Assembly (NCBI GenBank): GCA_965178125.1
Contig: OZ237755.1
Coordinates: 806,001-870,000 of the forward strand
Direction of reading: 5' to 3'
From: Bilabrum cf. latius
Lineage: Eukaryota
DNA length: 64,000 nt
The translations under genes and the position numbers were made by a program. How positions within the stretch are numbered: position 1 is the first letter of the stretch; each line of letters opens with the position of its first letter. This document shows positions 49,479 to 62,423 of the stretch, piece by piece. The notes beneath the pieces are model-generated. The model made no database searches. It was not told the origin of the DNA and saw only the letters and a list, made by a program, of their open reading frames with translations.

Positions 49479-50656
49479 TCACAGGGAGAAAGCATACAGG
49501 TGCGGAGCATGTGCCCGGCACAAAGCGCGGTCCAGTCCCACATCAGGGTCCCCTGCCGGGACCCACCATTTCCTCCTCCATGACCGTCTCTGCGTCTCAC
49601 GGTCCTTCAGAGAGGCTAGCATGCACGCGCTCATGCCTTTGGCCCATTGCCTCTCTATGTCCCTTAGCAAGCCGTGGGGCTTAAACATCCGTCGCTGTAG
49701 CCGAGCGTTCGCATTGGTTGCCGCTATCAGCTCTTGCGTGGCCGTGGCGGCAAGAGCAGCCGCCGCATCGCCTCGCATCCACTGCCTGCACGTCAGCTAC
49801 TCCTGCTAGCGCAGCTGGTTCCTGATCACCTGCACCACTCGGTTGGCCAGCTCCTTGACAGCTGTCCGTTCCGATGACCGCGCAATCGTACGCTCTATCC
49901 GAGTGAGTGCGTCTTCGACGATTGGCTTGGCCCTGCTGGTGCGCTCCAGCTTCTCGTCCCAAGGGTCCTGAGCGAGAGCTGTCTTCGCCCATGCTTTCCG
50001 GAGAGAGGCAGGGGACCTCCCTCTATTCTGATCCGCATCATCGGGTTGCCACGGTCTCGTTCCGGCATGATGGTCATGCTCGGCCCGCTCCATCTGCTCT
50101 ACCGCGGTGCCCATCACTTGAAGGTTGGGCGTGCCCTGTTGCGGGTATTGTCCAGCTCGGATGCGCAGAATTCGTCTTCCTTGGTGGCCGTATTCCTGCA
50201 CCACCGCTGCTGTTGGCATGGCTCCTGGTCCGAAGGCATACCGTCCCTTCGTTGCGTACCGGTTAAGCATGACCACTCCGAGCGCGGCGCTCTCCCGGTC
50301 CCAATCCGACAGTGCCGGATCGTGCGAGCATCCCAGGCTCAGGCTTGTGAACGATCGGTCAGCAGCTCCGGATTTGGATTTCCTCCACTTTGTGACTTTT
50401 TTTGCAGTCTCCTGGCATCCCAGCCAGTCCTTCGCGTCATCGATCCGTTGGGTCCACCCTGCCATCTTGATCCTGAATCCCAGTGCCAGCGCGGCCCCGA
50501 GTGGGCCTGTCTGTACTGGTGGTCCCTGCAGGAATCGGCCCTGGTGGATGAACTGGCCGCAACATCAAGGCCCTTCTTCGAGGGACACTCGATCAGGTCC
50601 AGCAGGCCCATAGCAACACGCCCTGCTGCCGATGCCGTCAGCAGCTCAGTGTCCAT
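49479..50656 (-). pseudogene. Hypothetical coding relic, possibly TE-derived
   Basis: 49479-50465 is continuous with TAG=Gln, and an upstream piece is frameshifted. No domain confidently recognised. Confidence 0.35.
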
Positions 50657-50750
50657 CGCAAGGTCGATGAAAGTTAGTAGTTGTTGCGTGTGATTTGGCC
50701 TCAGGAAAGTTATTTTTTAGGAATGTTACGCAACAGGCTCTAGTCTACAC

Positions 50751-51963
50751 CAGACCTGAGAGGGGGGGGGGAGGGGGGACAGGGGGGGGGGACACCTTCC
50801 TGAGACCCCCTGGTCCCCCCCCCCCCCCCCAAGAAAAGGCACTTCCACTCATCAATTATAAAATCTAAGGGCATATTCGTGCTTTTCAGATGATTTTGAG
50901 TAACATGGTGCCATCTTCTACCCTCTTCAGGCCGATGGCGGAGAGTTCGCAAAAACCTAACGTAACCAATAAATCTGTATTACTCGATTTCTTGGGCATC
51001 GGCTACTAGCCGTGAAATGGAAGAAAGATTTGATGGAAAATCATTCAGTTAGTTAAACTTCAGGAACCAGCTGCCCCAGCACAGTCGGTTCACCACCATA
51101 CCGCTCAGAGCTCGCCGTCACCACCACCCTCCCCAGCCGCAGCGCCGTCTGCGTCATCCCCCTCCATCCCGTCCAGCATCTCTTCACCCTCATAGGCTTC
51201 GCCTTGCATTGCCAGGTCGTGGCTTGGCAGGCACTGATCGAGCACGTCAGCAATCTCCGCCACGGTTGCCTCTGGGTCACGTACTCGTCCTTTCCGAAGG
51301 TACTTGCCGAGCAGCCGCAGGCACAGTCGCCGCCCCACGCGGCACTTGGTCTCACACTGGCGCTGTGTCGCGCTCAGGCTCACCCTGCGCACATCCCCCA
51401 CCGCCTTTGCCACGAAGAAGACCCGCTCCACCTCCGCTGACGACAGCCTCGCGACGTGGATGAACTCGGTACCGGCGATGGCAGCCCCCACGGGGCCCCA
51501 CCTGCTTCAGCTGCACCTCGGTGATGACTTGCAGCTCATACTTACCCTACACCTCGACGTGCCTCGTCTGTCTCATCCATAGCAGCAGCACCAGCAGCAA
51601 GAGCCGCAGCAAACGCAGCCTGCTTGTAGTCAGCGATGAGCTGGGACAGCCATCGGAAGACGAGCGGTTGCAATTTGCTAGCCTCACACGGTTTGGCTCT
51701 GTTGGTGCTAGGCTAGCACTGCTAGGCGTCCAAGCGAGCCCAAACAGGGTATAGCAGCATCTACGTGCATGCCATGGGGTCCAAGGAGGGTGCATCAGGG
51801 CCTGTACGTTGCTGAGGCCGCCTGGTCGGCTTGGGCCGGCAAGGGGGGGGGGGGGGGCACCCCTTCTCAAGGGATCCGGAAATCCGCTCCACGTGTCCCC
51901 CCTCCCCTCATCGCCGAAGGGGGGGCAACAGTGTCCCCCCCCCCCCCCCCCTTCTCAGGTCTG
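50751..51963 (-). mobile_element. Non-autonomous hAT deletion derivative
   Basis: Imperfect ~30-bp TIR CAGACCTGAGA(G)n..GAC. Internal remnant LSSAEVERVFF of the hAT dimerisation domain (51105-51491). No clean TSD. Confidence 0.75.
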
Positions 51964-52817
51964 TGGTGTACCGTGACGATGCCTTTCCTGGTTGATAGAG
52001 ACATGGGTCTTGAGTGATAAAGCTAATCACATTTACCATCCAGAGTGAATTGTGAAAATGGGCTACTCCGGGGCCGGTTCCCTGGACATTAGGGATCTGA
52101 GGGCCGTCCCGTCCGAGGCGTAGCCGTCACCGTTTATTAGGGCCTCCGTGTGCACCATCACGGCGTGCCCATACCCACATCCGGGTTAGAGGGACACGCC
52201 TCGGACCTTCGATGAAATCGCAGCACGCACTGCTCTATCCCAAGCTTCACGTGGAATACCAGCGAAATAAAATGGCATGGAGCTGGAAGGCGCCTAGCCA
52301 ACCTGGTGCCGAAAAGCGCTGAGATCAAGCTCCGGGTCCACGGACAGAATGGCGGCAGAGAGTCGAACCGAATGCACTGAAGAAGAGTGTAATTCTACTC
52401 CTTCCTATTCAACTGCCTTCTGCAGGAATAATCACTGAGCCGTCGATCTGAGGCTAGCGATTCTGGGGCCACGAATCTGGGACTGGCTGGGCCCAATGTG
52501 TAACCAATTGTGCATGAATGACTCTCGTAGAACGGAGTCGCACGTGCCGCCCACAAGCCTGGGTCTAGAGGGTGCGAGTCAATGGAGGCAACTGGTTGCA
52601 CGGTGGTCGTGCACTCCAGTTGTCTTTCGCACAAGACAACGGAGTATACGTCTCCGGGTAGAGTGCAATCCTTTCACACGTCCCGTTGAATGACTGGGAG
52701 GAGTTCTGAAGCCAACCTGGTGCCAACATGGAGCACGAAGCTGAGCATAGCATCAACGGTCTACTTCCGTTCCGTGTAGAGGCTAAATCCGATTTTAGGC
52801 TGCCCTCCCAGAAGTGG

Positions 52818-54112
52818 TCAAGAAGCGCTCCCAATATCAGAGACCTCCGGCGTCTGCTGTTGCTTCTCCTGGTCTGCTTCAGGAAGCAGTCCAACCTCAA
52901 TATCTTCCTCCTCCTCTGCTGCCAGACTCTTTGCCTCAGACCCCTTCGTAATCGCTACTGTTACAGCCTACACGGTCGGCTTAACCTTGCTACCAGTGAT
53001 TGGTGCAGAGTCTACTAGTGAGCGCATGCCAGCGGCAGCTTCGGCACCAACAGCTTCGCTGGGCAACTGCTCGGCCTGCTGACCATGCTCACAGAGTTTC
53101 ACAGCTGCAAACGCCCCGCCTCCAAGCAAAGAGACTGCAAGTCCAGCTATCTTGAGCGGTGTGGGCACAAAGTCCCCGAAAGCAATCGCTCCGAATACTG
53201 TCGCAAACACATCTTTCAAGTTCCCGGTAATCGAGGTCAGCAGAGGCGAGTTCATGGTGGCCGACAAGAAGACCACGTAAGTCATAAATGTGCCTAGGGT
53301 GCTAGCGACCACAAATGCAGTCCAAAACAGCGGGTTCTAGATGTGCTCGAAGCTGGCGGCCTTTTCAAAATCGCCAAGAACGATGGCTCCCACCAGCGCA
53401 AGCGGAACTGCAGTGATCGAGTTGTAGTACACAAGCCCAAAGCCTTTCGTATCAGTCATGTCACTAAACCTCCGCGAAACGATCAAATAGAGGGCTGACA
53501 GGACATTATTCATCATCGTAAAAATGTACCCTGTGAACTCCCCACCAAGCTCCTCATACCCAGCAATGACAGTCCCTGCCATAATAACTAGTACTGAAAG
53601 TACAACCATACCAGATTGCTTCGTGCCTAGCAAGAAGAACTCCCCAACCATGGTCAAAATTGTCGTAGTGCGGCGCAAGCACAGAAAAAAAGGCACGTTT
53701 ATCAGTTGCATGCCGTACCAGCCGACAGCAATATTAGAAACAAAGAGTGCGCCAACAGGAATCGATTCAATGTACGTGCTCCACTTAAAGCCTGGTACGT
53801 GCATTCCTGGGATATCCTACATGGTTGCTTGAGCGACAGACGTGAAGATCAAACCAGCCCCAACCTGCCCAAGAAGCAGTATGAACTTGCTATCAAACTC
53901 CCACGAGCTAAGTAATGCCTGCGGCAAATCTTATGATCTCGACTTACGACAACCATTGGTCCCGGGTTCGGTTTATGAGATTCAATGAGTATCTTGCGAG
54001 CAGCTCTCACCTTGTAACAAAGGGAAATAGCAATAGAAGTGATACCATACAAGGCGCATATATAAAAGGTTTGCTTGTTAAGAATGCTTGAAGCGGAGGG
54101 ACCCCTTGACAT
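52818..54112 (-). CDS. Nucleotide-sugar transporter (SLC35D/GONST-like); intron 53919-54010
   Basis: Multi-TM protein with INVPFFLCLRR, FGLVYYNS and NSPLLTSITGNLKD. In-frame TAGs, phase-0 intron, stop TGA 52818-52820. Confidence 0.88.
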
Positions 54113-54344
54113 CAAATTAGTAATGCTGTCTGTACGAACAACACGAGATGGTGAAGTGGCTAGACTACCACAACGCACTGCACTGCCGCATTCTCCTGCG
54201 CTGGTCCAGCGCCAGCGCTGGCGCTGGAGGGTGCAAAGTAGGTGACCAAGGACCTGATGCAGCCCTCACTTGGAGAACTTGCGGCCGAGAGGCAGGCATC
54301 GATTTTCAAGGCCCTGAGGACCGCAAGAAGCCTGGATGCCAGGT

Positions 54345-55075
54345 GGGCACGTATCCAGCGACCAGCCACGTCTGATCCTTTGGCTAATGGTACGTGTGCA
54401 ACGTGACCTGTGCTCCTGCGTGCAACGCGCTCTGGTCATGCTAATCTGCTCCCATCCAAATGCCTGGCCTCTCCTCATCAAAGATCCGGCGTGCATGTTT
54501 AGGTGTGTGTGCCACAAGTTGATGTTGAGTCATTGATGACGTCTTTTCCGTTTCCTCTCATGTAGATTGCGTCCGCGTAACCGTCCTTCTCCTTGGACAG
54601 CCCACCCGGTAGCATGGCTTTCCGGTGTCCTCCGGCGGCTTTGATGATTTTGCCGAGGATCCGTGGCAAAGCGCTTCTGGGACGCACTGCGCTGTTGTCC
54701 TGATCCGCACCGTGCCCAATGCAATGGGTCATGCAGGGGTGCCTCCTTGCCATGGCTGGGCATCGGGCAGGTGTGGTTCTTCTCCTTCTAGAGGTCTTGC
54801 TGCTACTCTCTCGTCAGCTTTGTCCGCAACTGGGCGATAGCCCATGGGCCATGGGTCGCGCTTTGACGTCGGGTGCGTACAGCCTGGCGCATACCTTCTG
54901 TTGGAAGACGGCTTCAGCGATGCCTCCGTGGCACTGCCTGGTGGGTTGTGCCGTGTGTGTACTAGACCTGGTGTGCACTCCTGCGTAAGCGAATGGCGAT
55001 CCTCACGTCCTGCACTTGCTGCCGAGGGGGGACACGCCCAACGGTTGCCCTGCCATGAAGCGTTCGCACTAGCAG
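54345..55075 (-). mobile_element. Degenerate fragment of the same non-LTR element (CCHC/endonuclease region)
   Basis: Homologous to ~8040-8803 (HDPLHWARCGSG, YADAIY), with frameshifts. Confidence 0.8.
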
Positions 55076-55360
55076 GCCCTGATGGTTGCATCCAATGATG
55101 AGTCATTGATGACGTACCGAAACGTAAAATACTAACATCAATATAATCACACACAACGAAACACGATCATAATACCGATTTTAGAGTTGCGTGCACCTAC
55201 ATTGGGATTTTGTAACGAGTATTTAGTAGTTTTGTCGTATTGTTCGTTGTCCTGTCCCAAATTGGACTCCCAATACTTCTGTACATCACCACCAGGTTTT
55301 ATTTGGTCCATCAACTCCATTGTGTTACTTTAACAATTGATTATTACTGGTGGCTTCCAT

Positions 55361-56944
55361 ATGCTGCTCTTTGGCGGTGTCTTGGTCGTATTGCACTCAA
55401 TGCCAGCAGTCCACGCTGTATCATATTGGGACGAGGAAGCGGACCTTAGTTAGAGGTTGCACCCACTGATCAAAGAGGAAACAAGTATGCCAGTTACGGT
55501 GCTCGTTCCTCTTGCGGTGCCGGATCATGACGGCAGCGATGAAGGCTTGCTCAAGTACTCCACCACGTTCGAAGCCGGCACAAAAGCAAAGGAGAATTGG
55601 TGCAAACGCCACGGATATACCCTTCACGCCTAGATCCTTGGCACCAGTCACCCAGAGTGGATGTGGGCGACGCAGCCGCAAGGAAAAGAGTTCCCAGTGA
55701 ACCCATGGAGCCAGAACTTCGTCAGTCGCGTCAAGCGACAGCCAAGCCTTACAGCCGTGCACGGAAGGCATGCCAAGTCTTTAGCAGTGATTGACTTTCT
55801 ACGGGAGAACCCGGACTACTTGGGCTGGATACTCATGGTAGATTCAGACACGTTCATCGGGGACTGCTCGAAGTCGCTGCTTCCTTTCCAGCTCCAAATG
55901 ATCACTGTTGGCAAAGTTGAACGGGTCCTCGAAGACACCAATATTCTCGAGGGGCTTTGGCCTGCTGGATCTGAGTTTTCATACCACGCTGACCGTGATG
56001 AGGACCGGCAGCGTTGGGGGACTGGGGGCATCGGGCGAGGCGCGCTGGAGCCTTGGTCCAAGCTGCTGAACCTGACCACGGCCAAGGATTTGGGACTCGA
56101 ATCAAAGCCTATGCACATCAAGGAAGGCACGCGGTTTCCTAGCATGGACCCGGGGCTGGTGGAGCACCTGCAGGACTGGAAGCAAACTGCAACCCAGCCG
56201 CAGGGTGGCACCCCCTACGTATTGGCCCCCCCCGGGACTCCGTGGTTGGAACAGGCCCTCGTCGCCCTCGCTGAGCACAAGTACAGCAACTCAGGCGTCA
56301 TCATGTTTCGTGCCACGACCCCGCAGCGGAGGCGCAGGGTTGATTTCCTCCTGAGGCGGTGGTGGGAGCTCGCCACTGATGGCCTCTTCTCGCACACGAG
56401 CTTCGACCAAGCCGCCATCCGCTCGATGCTCGTTGCCGACTTTGTGGCTCCAAGTAGAAATGTTACACCGGTGCCATTTCAAGCTTTATCATGCTAGCGG
56501 CTTCCGCACGAGACGAACCCGTTGGGGAAGCACGGCGCGGATATCTGGCACCGGTGCATCGAGCGATGGATCATGGCTATGGGATACACGTTCCAAGCCA
56601 AGCCAGGGGACCCGCTGCCGAAGCCTTACGTGGATGGGACTGCATTCACCCAGGCCGAGCATAGGCAGGTCAAGAAAACACCGCTGGGAAAGCTGCACAG
56701 GCCTGGCGAGAAGATTGTGCACAACCTCGCGTTGATCAACGAGGACGCAGCTCCTATGCTCTACTTCAGGTCCTGGTTTCCGTCTTCTGTCGGTGCTCAT
56801 CACCGCAAGGAGGAGCGTCCGCCTGGCAGCATGGAACTGCACTGCATGGAGCCCTCTGTGAAGGACAAGCAAAGGTGCATCGTCATGCACACGGGTCACA
56901 AAACGTGGAAGAACTGGCTGGGCAAGATGCAATGCTCAGCCTGA
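55361..56944 (+). CDS. GT34-like (GMA12/MNN10 family) glycosyltransferase
   Basis: Signal-like N-terminus. Motifs KENWCKRHGY, WILMVDSD (DxD), SNSGVIMFR, FDQAAI. Three in-frame TAGs, stop TGA. Confidence 0.75.
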
Positions 56945-57324
56945 CGGAAATTGTTCCCACCCCCAGCTTTGCATGACGTTAAGGAGATTCGATTTTATTT
57001 CGCCCGGTCTCAGCAGTACAACTTGTAGATCTGGCAACTGTGTCGACGCCCCGGGTCCTACCTCTTTTTCCGCAGCTTGTTGAGCACCGAAAGAAACTTG
57101 ACATACTTCTCTTCGACCCCATCCAACATGCCAACCACAATCCATTCATCCTCCCATTCTGTGCCCCACTGGACACAGTTTGTCTTCATCCCCGATCTGG
57201 ACGCCGAGCGCTTCAATTTGGACAACGCGCCTGCCGTAGCTGAACAGCCTCGTGACATGCTCAGCCCGCAAATCGCATCCCTCCTGCCAGTCGCTGCCGC
57301 ATGGGGGGATATGATTTTTTGTGA

Positions 57325-57700
57325 AATCAACTCAAAAGCGCACGGCATCGTGAATGCACACCTGGAACGATGGCCCGGGACCTACCGGACTTCATGCTTC
57401 AGCCGCAATGGCCTAAGCCACCTGAGCTCCACCTGAGGATCAGCGTCCACGTTCCCTCCGGCGTCCGCTGCCGGCACCCAATCCTGCTGCCCGTTCTGAG
57501 CCAACCCTGCCTTGACGTTGGCGACCGCCACGGTGAGGTTGCTGTTTTCGGCTGCCCCTACAGCCAGGCTGGCAAAGTCCTCCCGGACCGCCCTTATGAG
57601 CACCCGTTTGGCCTTCGCTGCAGCCCTCCTCGATCCCTCTAAGACAAAATCAAGGATCCTTGAGTGGTCCTGCATGACCCGTGAGTACATAGTGTGGTAC
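57325..57700 (-). repeat. Second copy of the 5464-5857 dispersed repeat
   Basis: Encodes MYSRVMQDHSRILDFV..AVREDFASLAVGAAEN. Homology ends at GCGCTTTTGAGTTG in both copies. Confidence 0.8.
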
Positions 57701-57878
57701 ACACGCTGTTCCCCGCGCACCTGCTGGACTTTCGTCGATTTAAGTCTGTGCAAAACTGAATTAGATTCAACCACACATACCAAATCACTTACCCGCCAAG
57801 ACCTACATCTTGCCAGTAAGAACAAAAAGGGGTGGCCAAAGCGAGTTGCCTCAACGCGATCAGAACGCGATCCCCAAA

Positions 57879-59288
57879 CAGACCCCGCCAAGGGGTTGCC
57901 TACACGATTTTGACCGGGAGGGGTGCCTACCAGGGTGCCTACATTTGGGGGGGGTGCGCTCAGGGGTGTAGGCACCCCCCATTATTTTGAAGATGATGAT
58001 AACAACTGTCGAGCAGCCACAACGATGGCTGGCGTCGTTGCACCAAAGAAGAAGAAAAGCATATCTGTTGCTGATAGGCAGAAACATGCAGATGTCTTGG
58101 AGAAACTGTCTCAAGAGTCAGGGGAGTAGACACTGCGAGAGAATCTGTGCAACGCGGTGCTGGATGCTGCCAGGGTCGGACAAAGATGTGATGAGCCAGT
58201 GTGCGCATATCTTGGCCATCGGACCCGCAGGAGGCAAGAAAGCTGCAATGAGCTGGGCAAAGTACTAGAACTCGCGCAAAGATGTCGTGCGGAAGAAGCT
58301 GCTGTTCTTCGATACTGTAACTCGCCGACCTCATGTGCCAGTTGCAGCGACCACTTGGACCTCGAAGCAGCGGAATCATTCGGCCTCCCGCACGATGTGG
58401 TTGTCAAAGCATGAAGCGGATTCAGCTTCATTCGTGAGCAGTTCTAGGACGACCTCAAGGGCGAGGAATTCAAGGATGATGCGTTCGGGATGTGGATCGA
58501 GGCGGAGAGGCTTCTGCTTGCTGTGAGCAAGGCATCGACAAAGCCAGGTGCTTCGGTCAAGGGTGCAGTACAGGTCGACACGAAGAAGAGATCGGTGATT
58601 AATGATCAAAACCGCAGCGATATGCAGGTTGCCATTTTAAGGTGGCTCGTCTCATGCTGCCGCTGTGTAGCCCTGAGGTGGAACGGCTATTCTCGGCACT
58701 GAAAGCGTGCAGGGACGACAGAAAGACAGGCCTTTCGCATGACTAGCGACTTGTGGAGGGCATGGCTAAATGCGACTGAGAGACACCGATTGCAGTACTC
58801 GAAGCAATGCTGGTAGACATTGGGGCCTACGACCGTGAGAGCCTCAGCAAGCCGCAGGATATGCTAACTGGCTGTGCGAACCTGCCGCGTCAGCCAGATA
58901 GATAAATTGCTGAAGAGGACTCCAACTTGGAGTCCATGTTGGCTGATGAGTCGAGTTCAGGTGATGAAGTTGCAGTTGGAGCAGCCAGCGGAGCGGGGGC
59001 TGACCGCTGGTCTGCAACCGAGCCAGGTAGATCAATACAGATCAGCCACGTGATTATACAATGATACGCTACAATTATTTGAAGATAAAGCGCCGTATTG
59101 ACACATATCTTAAGTAGAAAATAGAAATAAACAAGTTAAAAATATTCACTTTCTGCGTCCACTTCTTTGAGATGTCCTCTGAGCGCAGAGCAAGACAGGG
59201 GGGTGCCTACATATGCACAAATAGTAGTGATTTTCATGTAGGCACCCATGTAGGCACCCATGTAGGCAATCCCCTTTGACGGGGTCTG
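57879..59288. mobile_element. Non-autonomous hAT element, 1410 bp
   Basis: Imperfect TIR CAGACCCCG(C/T)CAA..GGGG..TTGCCTAC. Perfect 8-bp TSD TCCCCAAA (57871-57878 / 59289-59296). Subterminal GTGCCTAC/GTAGGCAC repeats at both ends. Confidence 0.92.
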
Positions 59289-59411
59289 TCCCCAAATCCG
59301 GAATCCGGATATAAGTCTTTGTTGTGTGTGATTATATTTATTCGATATTTAAGGACGGATGAATCACTACCTGAGCCACCAGCAGTGCGAACTTAAATAT
59401 CATCTAAATCG

Positions 59412-60649
59412 ATGTTCTCAAAAGGCTGCACCAAGTCCATAGGCTAGACCCAGATTGCCTGCGGACTCGCTGGTATGTTGATTGGGGCTGCTACCACACT
59501 TACGCTAGTGTTCGCAACGGACCGCCCGATAGCAGCGAATCAAGGTGAGTTGCTTTTACTTTCCTATAAACATGGCTTGCTAGGGCATCATCTTGTGTTG
59601 GTCCACGCGTGTTACTCTCTTCAGCAGATTTGCAACCAACGCACTCCAGCGTTTCTACTCACCCAGGAGAGGCCCTGAGCCAAAAAAGCTTGCATTCTAG
59701 TTCTTTGGGGGCCCAAGATGGGAATTAGCATGTGACCTCGCCTGTAGTCTCACTGCAATCGTGCCCAATTCATCCACCTGTGCCTTCACAGGCACCAGCA
59801 CCGATACCATTCAGACTAGGGGAGTGCGATGCCGCAAACATTACTGCAGCTAGAATTGACAGGGGTCTGCCAAAAGCCCAGCGCACGAAGTTTCAATTCC
59901 AAGGCCACTCCTTCTAGATGGCTGTGCATGCGGGCTCCGATTGGGTGAGCAAATCTGTCAAGGAGACCGGCTATTACGGGGATGTTGGAGTGGTGTCCGC
60001 TGCCGCAAAGAGGATCAAGGACAGCGGCAGAGAGCTAGGGCTGTTTGTGGACGCAGGAACAAACATTGGGGTATTTACTTTCTTTGCTCACCACGTTGGG
60101 TTCAAGCACATCATATCGTTTGAGCCCACGGCGATCAACATGGCTCGCGTGCAGGAGACTGTGGCGATCAACCAGATCCAGTCGATTTCAGCATACAAGG
60201 CAGCGCTCGGAAATGATAATACCTGCGTTGATATGGCAGTGGATTGGTCTACGCAGAAGACCAATTTTGGCATGAACCAGGTCGTTGCGGACAGAAACCG
60301 GGCTACCGCCAAGTCGATCGAGCACGTACGCATGACTCGCATGGACGACATAGTGCCGGCTGATGCAGGCCCAGTACAGCTCCTCAAGATGGATATTGAG
60401 GGGAGTGAGTGCGAGGCACTCAAGGGGGCGCGCGACTTGTTTGCTGCTGGCAGGGTAGAGCAGATATTCATCGAGGTGCATCCGTAGGCGCTCGAGGCTC
60501 TTGGGTGCAGCGCCAATGGGCTGGGTAAGATCCTGGAGGCTCTTTGCATGGACGTCTCCAAGTTCGTGTGGGACCGGTAGGGCGCCGGCGATTTCAACGC
60601 CTACAAGGTACCCGGCTGCACGGTACCACCGCGGTCGGAACTGCCGTGA
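59412..60649 (+). CDS. FkbM-family methyltransferase, type II membrane; intron 59545-59624
   Basis: Motifs FVDAGTNIG, ISFEP, KAALG, RMDDIV, LLKMDIEGSE, IFIEVHP. In-frame TAGs, stop TGA 60647-60649. Confidence 0.85.
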
Positions 60650-60754
60650 ATGGTCGGCATGCAGCATGCTGCATGATTTGAAACGCACACTGTGCTGATG
60701 CCACTCAGCTGCAAGCATCCGATGCCATTCAAGGTACAATTTAGTGTTCTCTTC

Positions 60755-62150
60755 TTATGCCTGCATCCTGGATAACTTGAAGCCAGTATCCCACGTGACT
60801 TGATACTTCCTGCGGGATACATCCGGAATCTGATCCGGATGGTAAGCACTAGGCGCCAGCCTGAGCTGCAAGCCTCCAATCTCTCTCTTGCTGGCAATTG
60901 CGTACGAGACACGTATTTCCCGCCTGGCAGCGAGGCATTGTCCACGCACGTCTGAAAGCCGAACAGGGTCCTCCCAGCTTGCTGCAGCGCGCACTGCCTC
61001 TGCTTGCCGTCATACAGAAACAGCACGCAGCACGAGAAATCCTGCCCCTTCGGCAGCGCAAGGGCATGCCTTGTGTAGAAATTCTAGTCCAGGTAGTCAT
61101 CCGGGTTACAGCACCCCCCGCTGATTCTCACCAACCTCTGTGTGGTGAACAGGTACGTGTCATAGCCCTTGCTCTCTAGAAGCTTGAACTGCTCCCCTGG
61201 GGGCATGTCGGTCTTCTTGGACATATTGTTGAGCTCGAAGAAAATGCTCTTGACCTTACCAGAGCCCAGCAGGTCGTACGGCTTGGTCATTCCCCGGAAC
61301 ACATTCCCGTCAAACCCCTCCGTGTCGACCTTCATGAAGGGCACGTCGGCCTCCATGCCCATGCTGCTGCTGATCGTGCGATTGCTGGCCCATTCACCCA
61401 GCAACACCGTAGTTGCATTTCCGAGTACCTCATCGAATTTCCTGGCGCTTACCTGGTCCCTCACCACCGGAGAGGCGCCCGTCCAGCTGCTGCCCATCTT
61501 GGAGTTGTAAAGGATCGGGACCTGCTTACCGGCTCGTCGCCGACCGCGGCCTTGACGACGGTGAAGAAGCCCCCACCCAGACAAACCATTGCGAATTCCA
61601 GCCCTTGAATGAGCTATGCCATCATCTCGAACAGGTAGTACCTCAGGCTGGAGCCCGGCCAGGCTTTGACGATATTTCTCGAGAACTCGCCCTTACCCGC
61701 ACCAACGTCCAAGAATACCAAGCTCAGACCGGCATTGGCCTGCCATCTCGCACAGTTTCGCGACGCCTCAACTAGTTCCTATTGATGTCCTTCTTGTTGC
61801 CGGCTTCCAACCTCAGGGTCGCTGCATTGGAACCTTGCAAGCACGGCTCCCCGCCCCAGTTTGCCACCGCCGGCGAGCTGGGTTCAAGGCTAGGGCTTAA
61901 CCACGAAACATACAATTGCGGCTTGGTCGCGTGCTCTTTTCGGGCATCCGCCTAAATCTCCGATGTTCGGGTCGTTTGTGCCACTGCGGCCTTGATCTCA
62001 ACTTGGCGCTGTTCTAAATCGTGCAGGTTGACCAACCTGCGTCAAGCGAGCAGCGCCTGCAATAATTTCAAGATTTGGTGACAAAAAAGCGAGCATCAAC
62101 CCGATGACACATCCGCCAACGACCGCTCCAGCTTCGCAGCGGCCCCAGGA
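60755..62150 (-). pseudogene. FkbM-family methyltransferase with frameshift(s)
   Basis: FLDVGAGKGEFS, YLFE and KAAVGDEP lie in one frame. A 1-bp shift at ~61530 leads to FMKVDTEGFD and IFFE. Both ends are approximate. Confidence 0.65.
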
Positions 62151-62423
62151 TGCTCTTGCTTCCGTAGGTCGAGCCGTACTTGGAACGGACTTGTGGCATA
62201 ACTTTTAAAGACTTATCGCACAAATAAAAACTCGTGGAGAGCCTCTAGGCGTAATCTTGCTTGCTGTGGTGATTTGGTGTGTGGTGCAGTCATCATCATC
62301 AAATGCGTGATGCCCGCTCGGCCCGACAGCGCATGTTTGCACCATTCAAGCGCAAGCGCGACGTAGTGTCGAGGACATTTAATTTCAGTTTGCTGTCGCT
62401 TCAGAGAGAGGGGCGTTGCAGCA

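Noticed and set aside
50761-50830. Poly-G/poly-C tracts as telomeric or stand-alone G-quadruplex elements
   Set aside because: They are part of the terminal and subterminal repeats of the 50751-51963 hAT derivative.
43345-61530. Programmed frameshifting at the single-base shifts in the hAT (~43350) and FkbM (~61530) genes
   Set aside because: No slippery heptamer or shared signal. Decay or assembly indels are simpler explanations.
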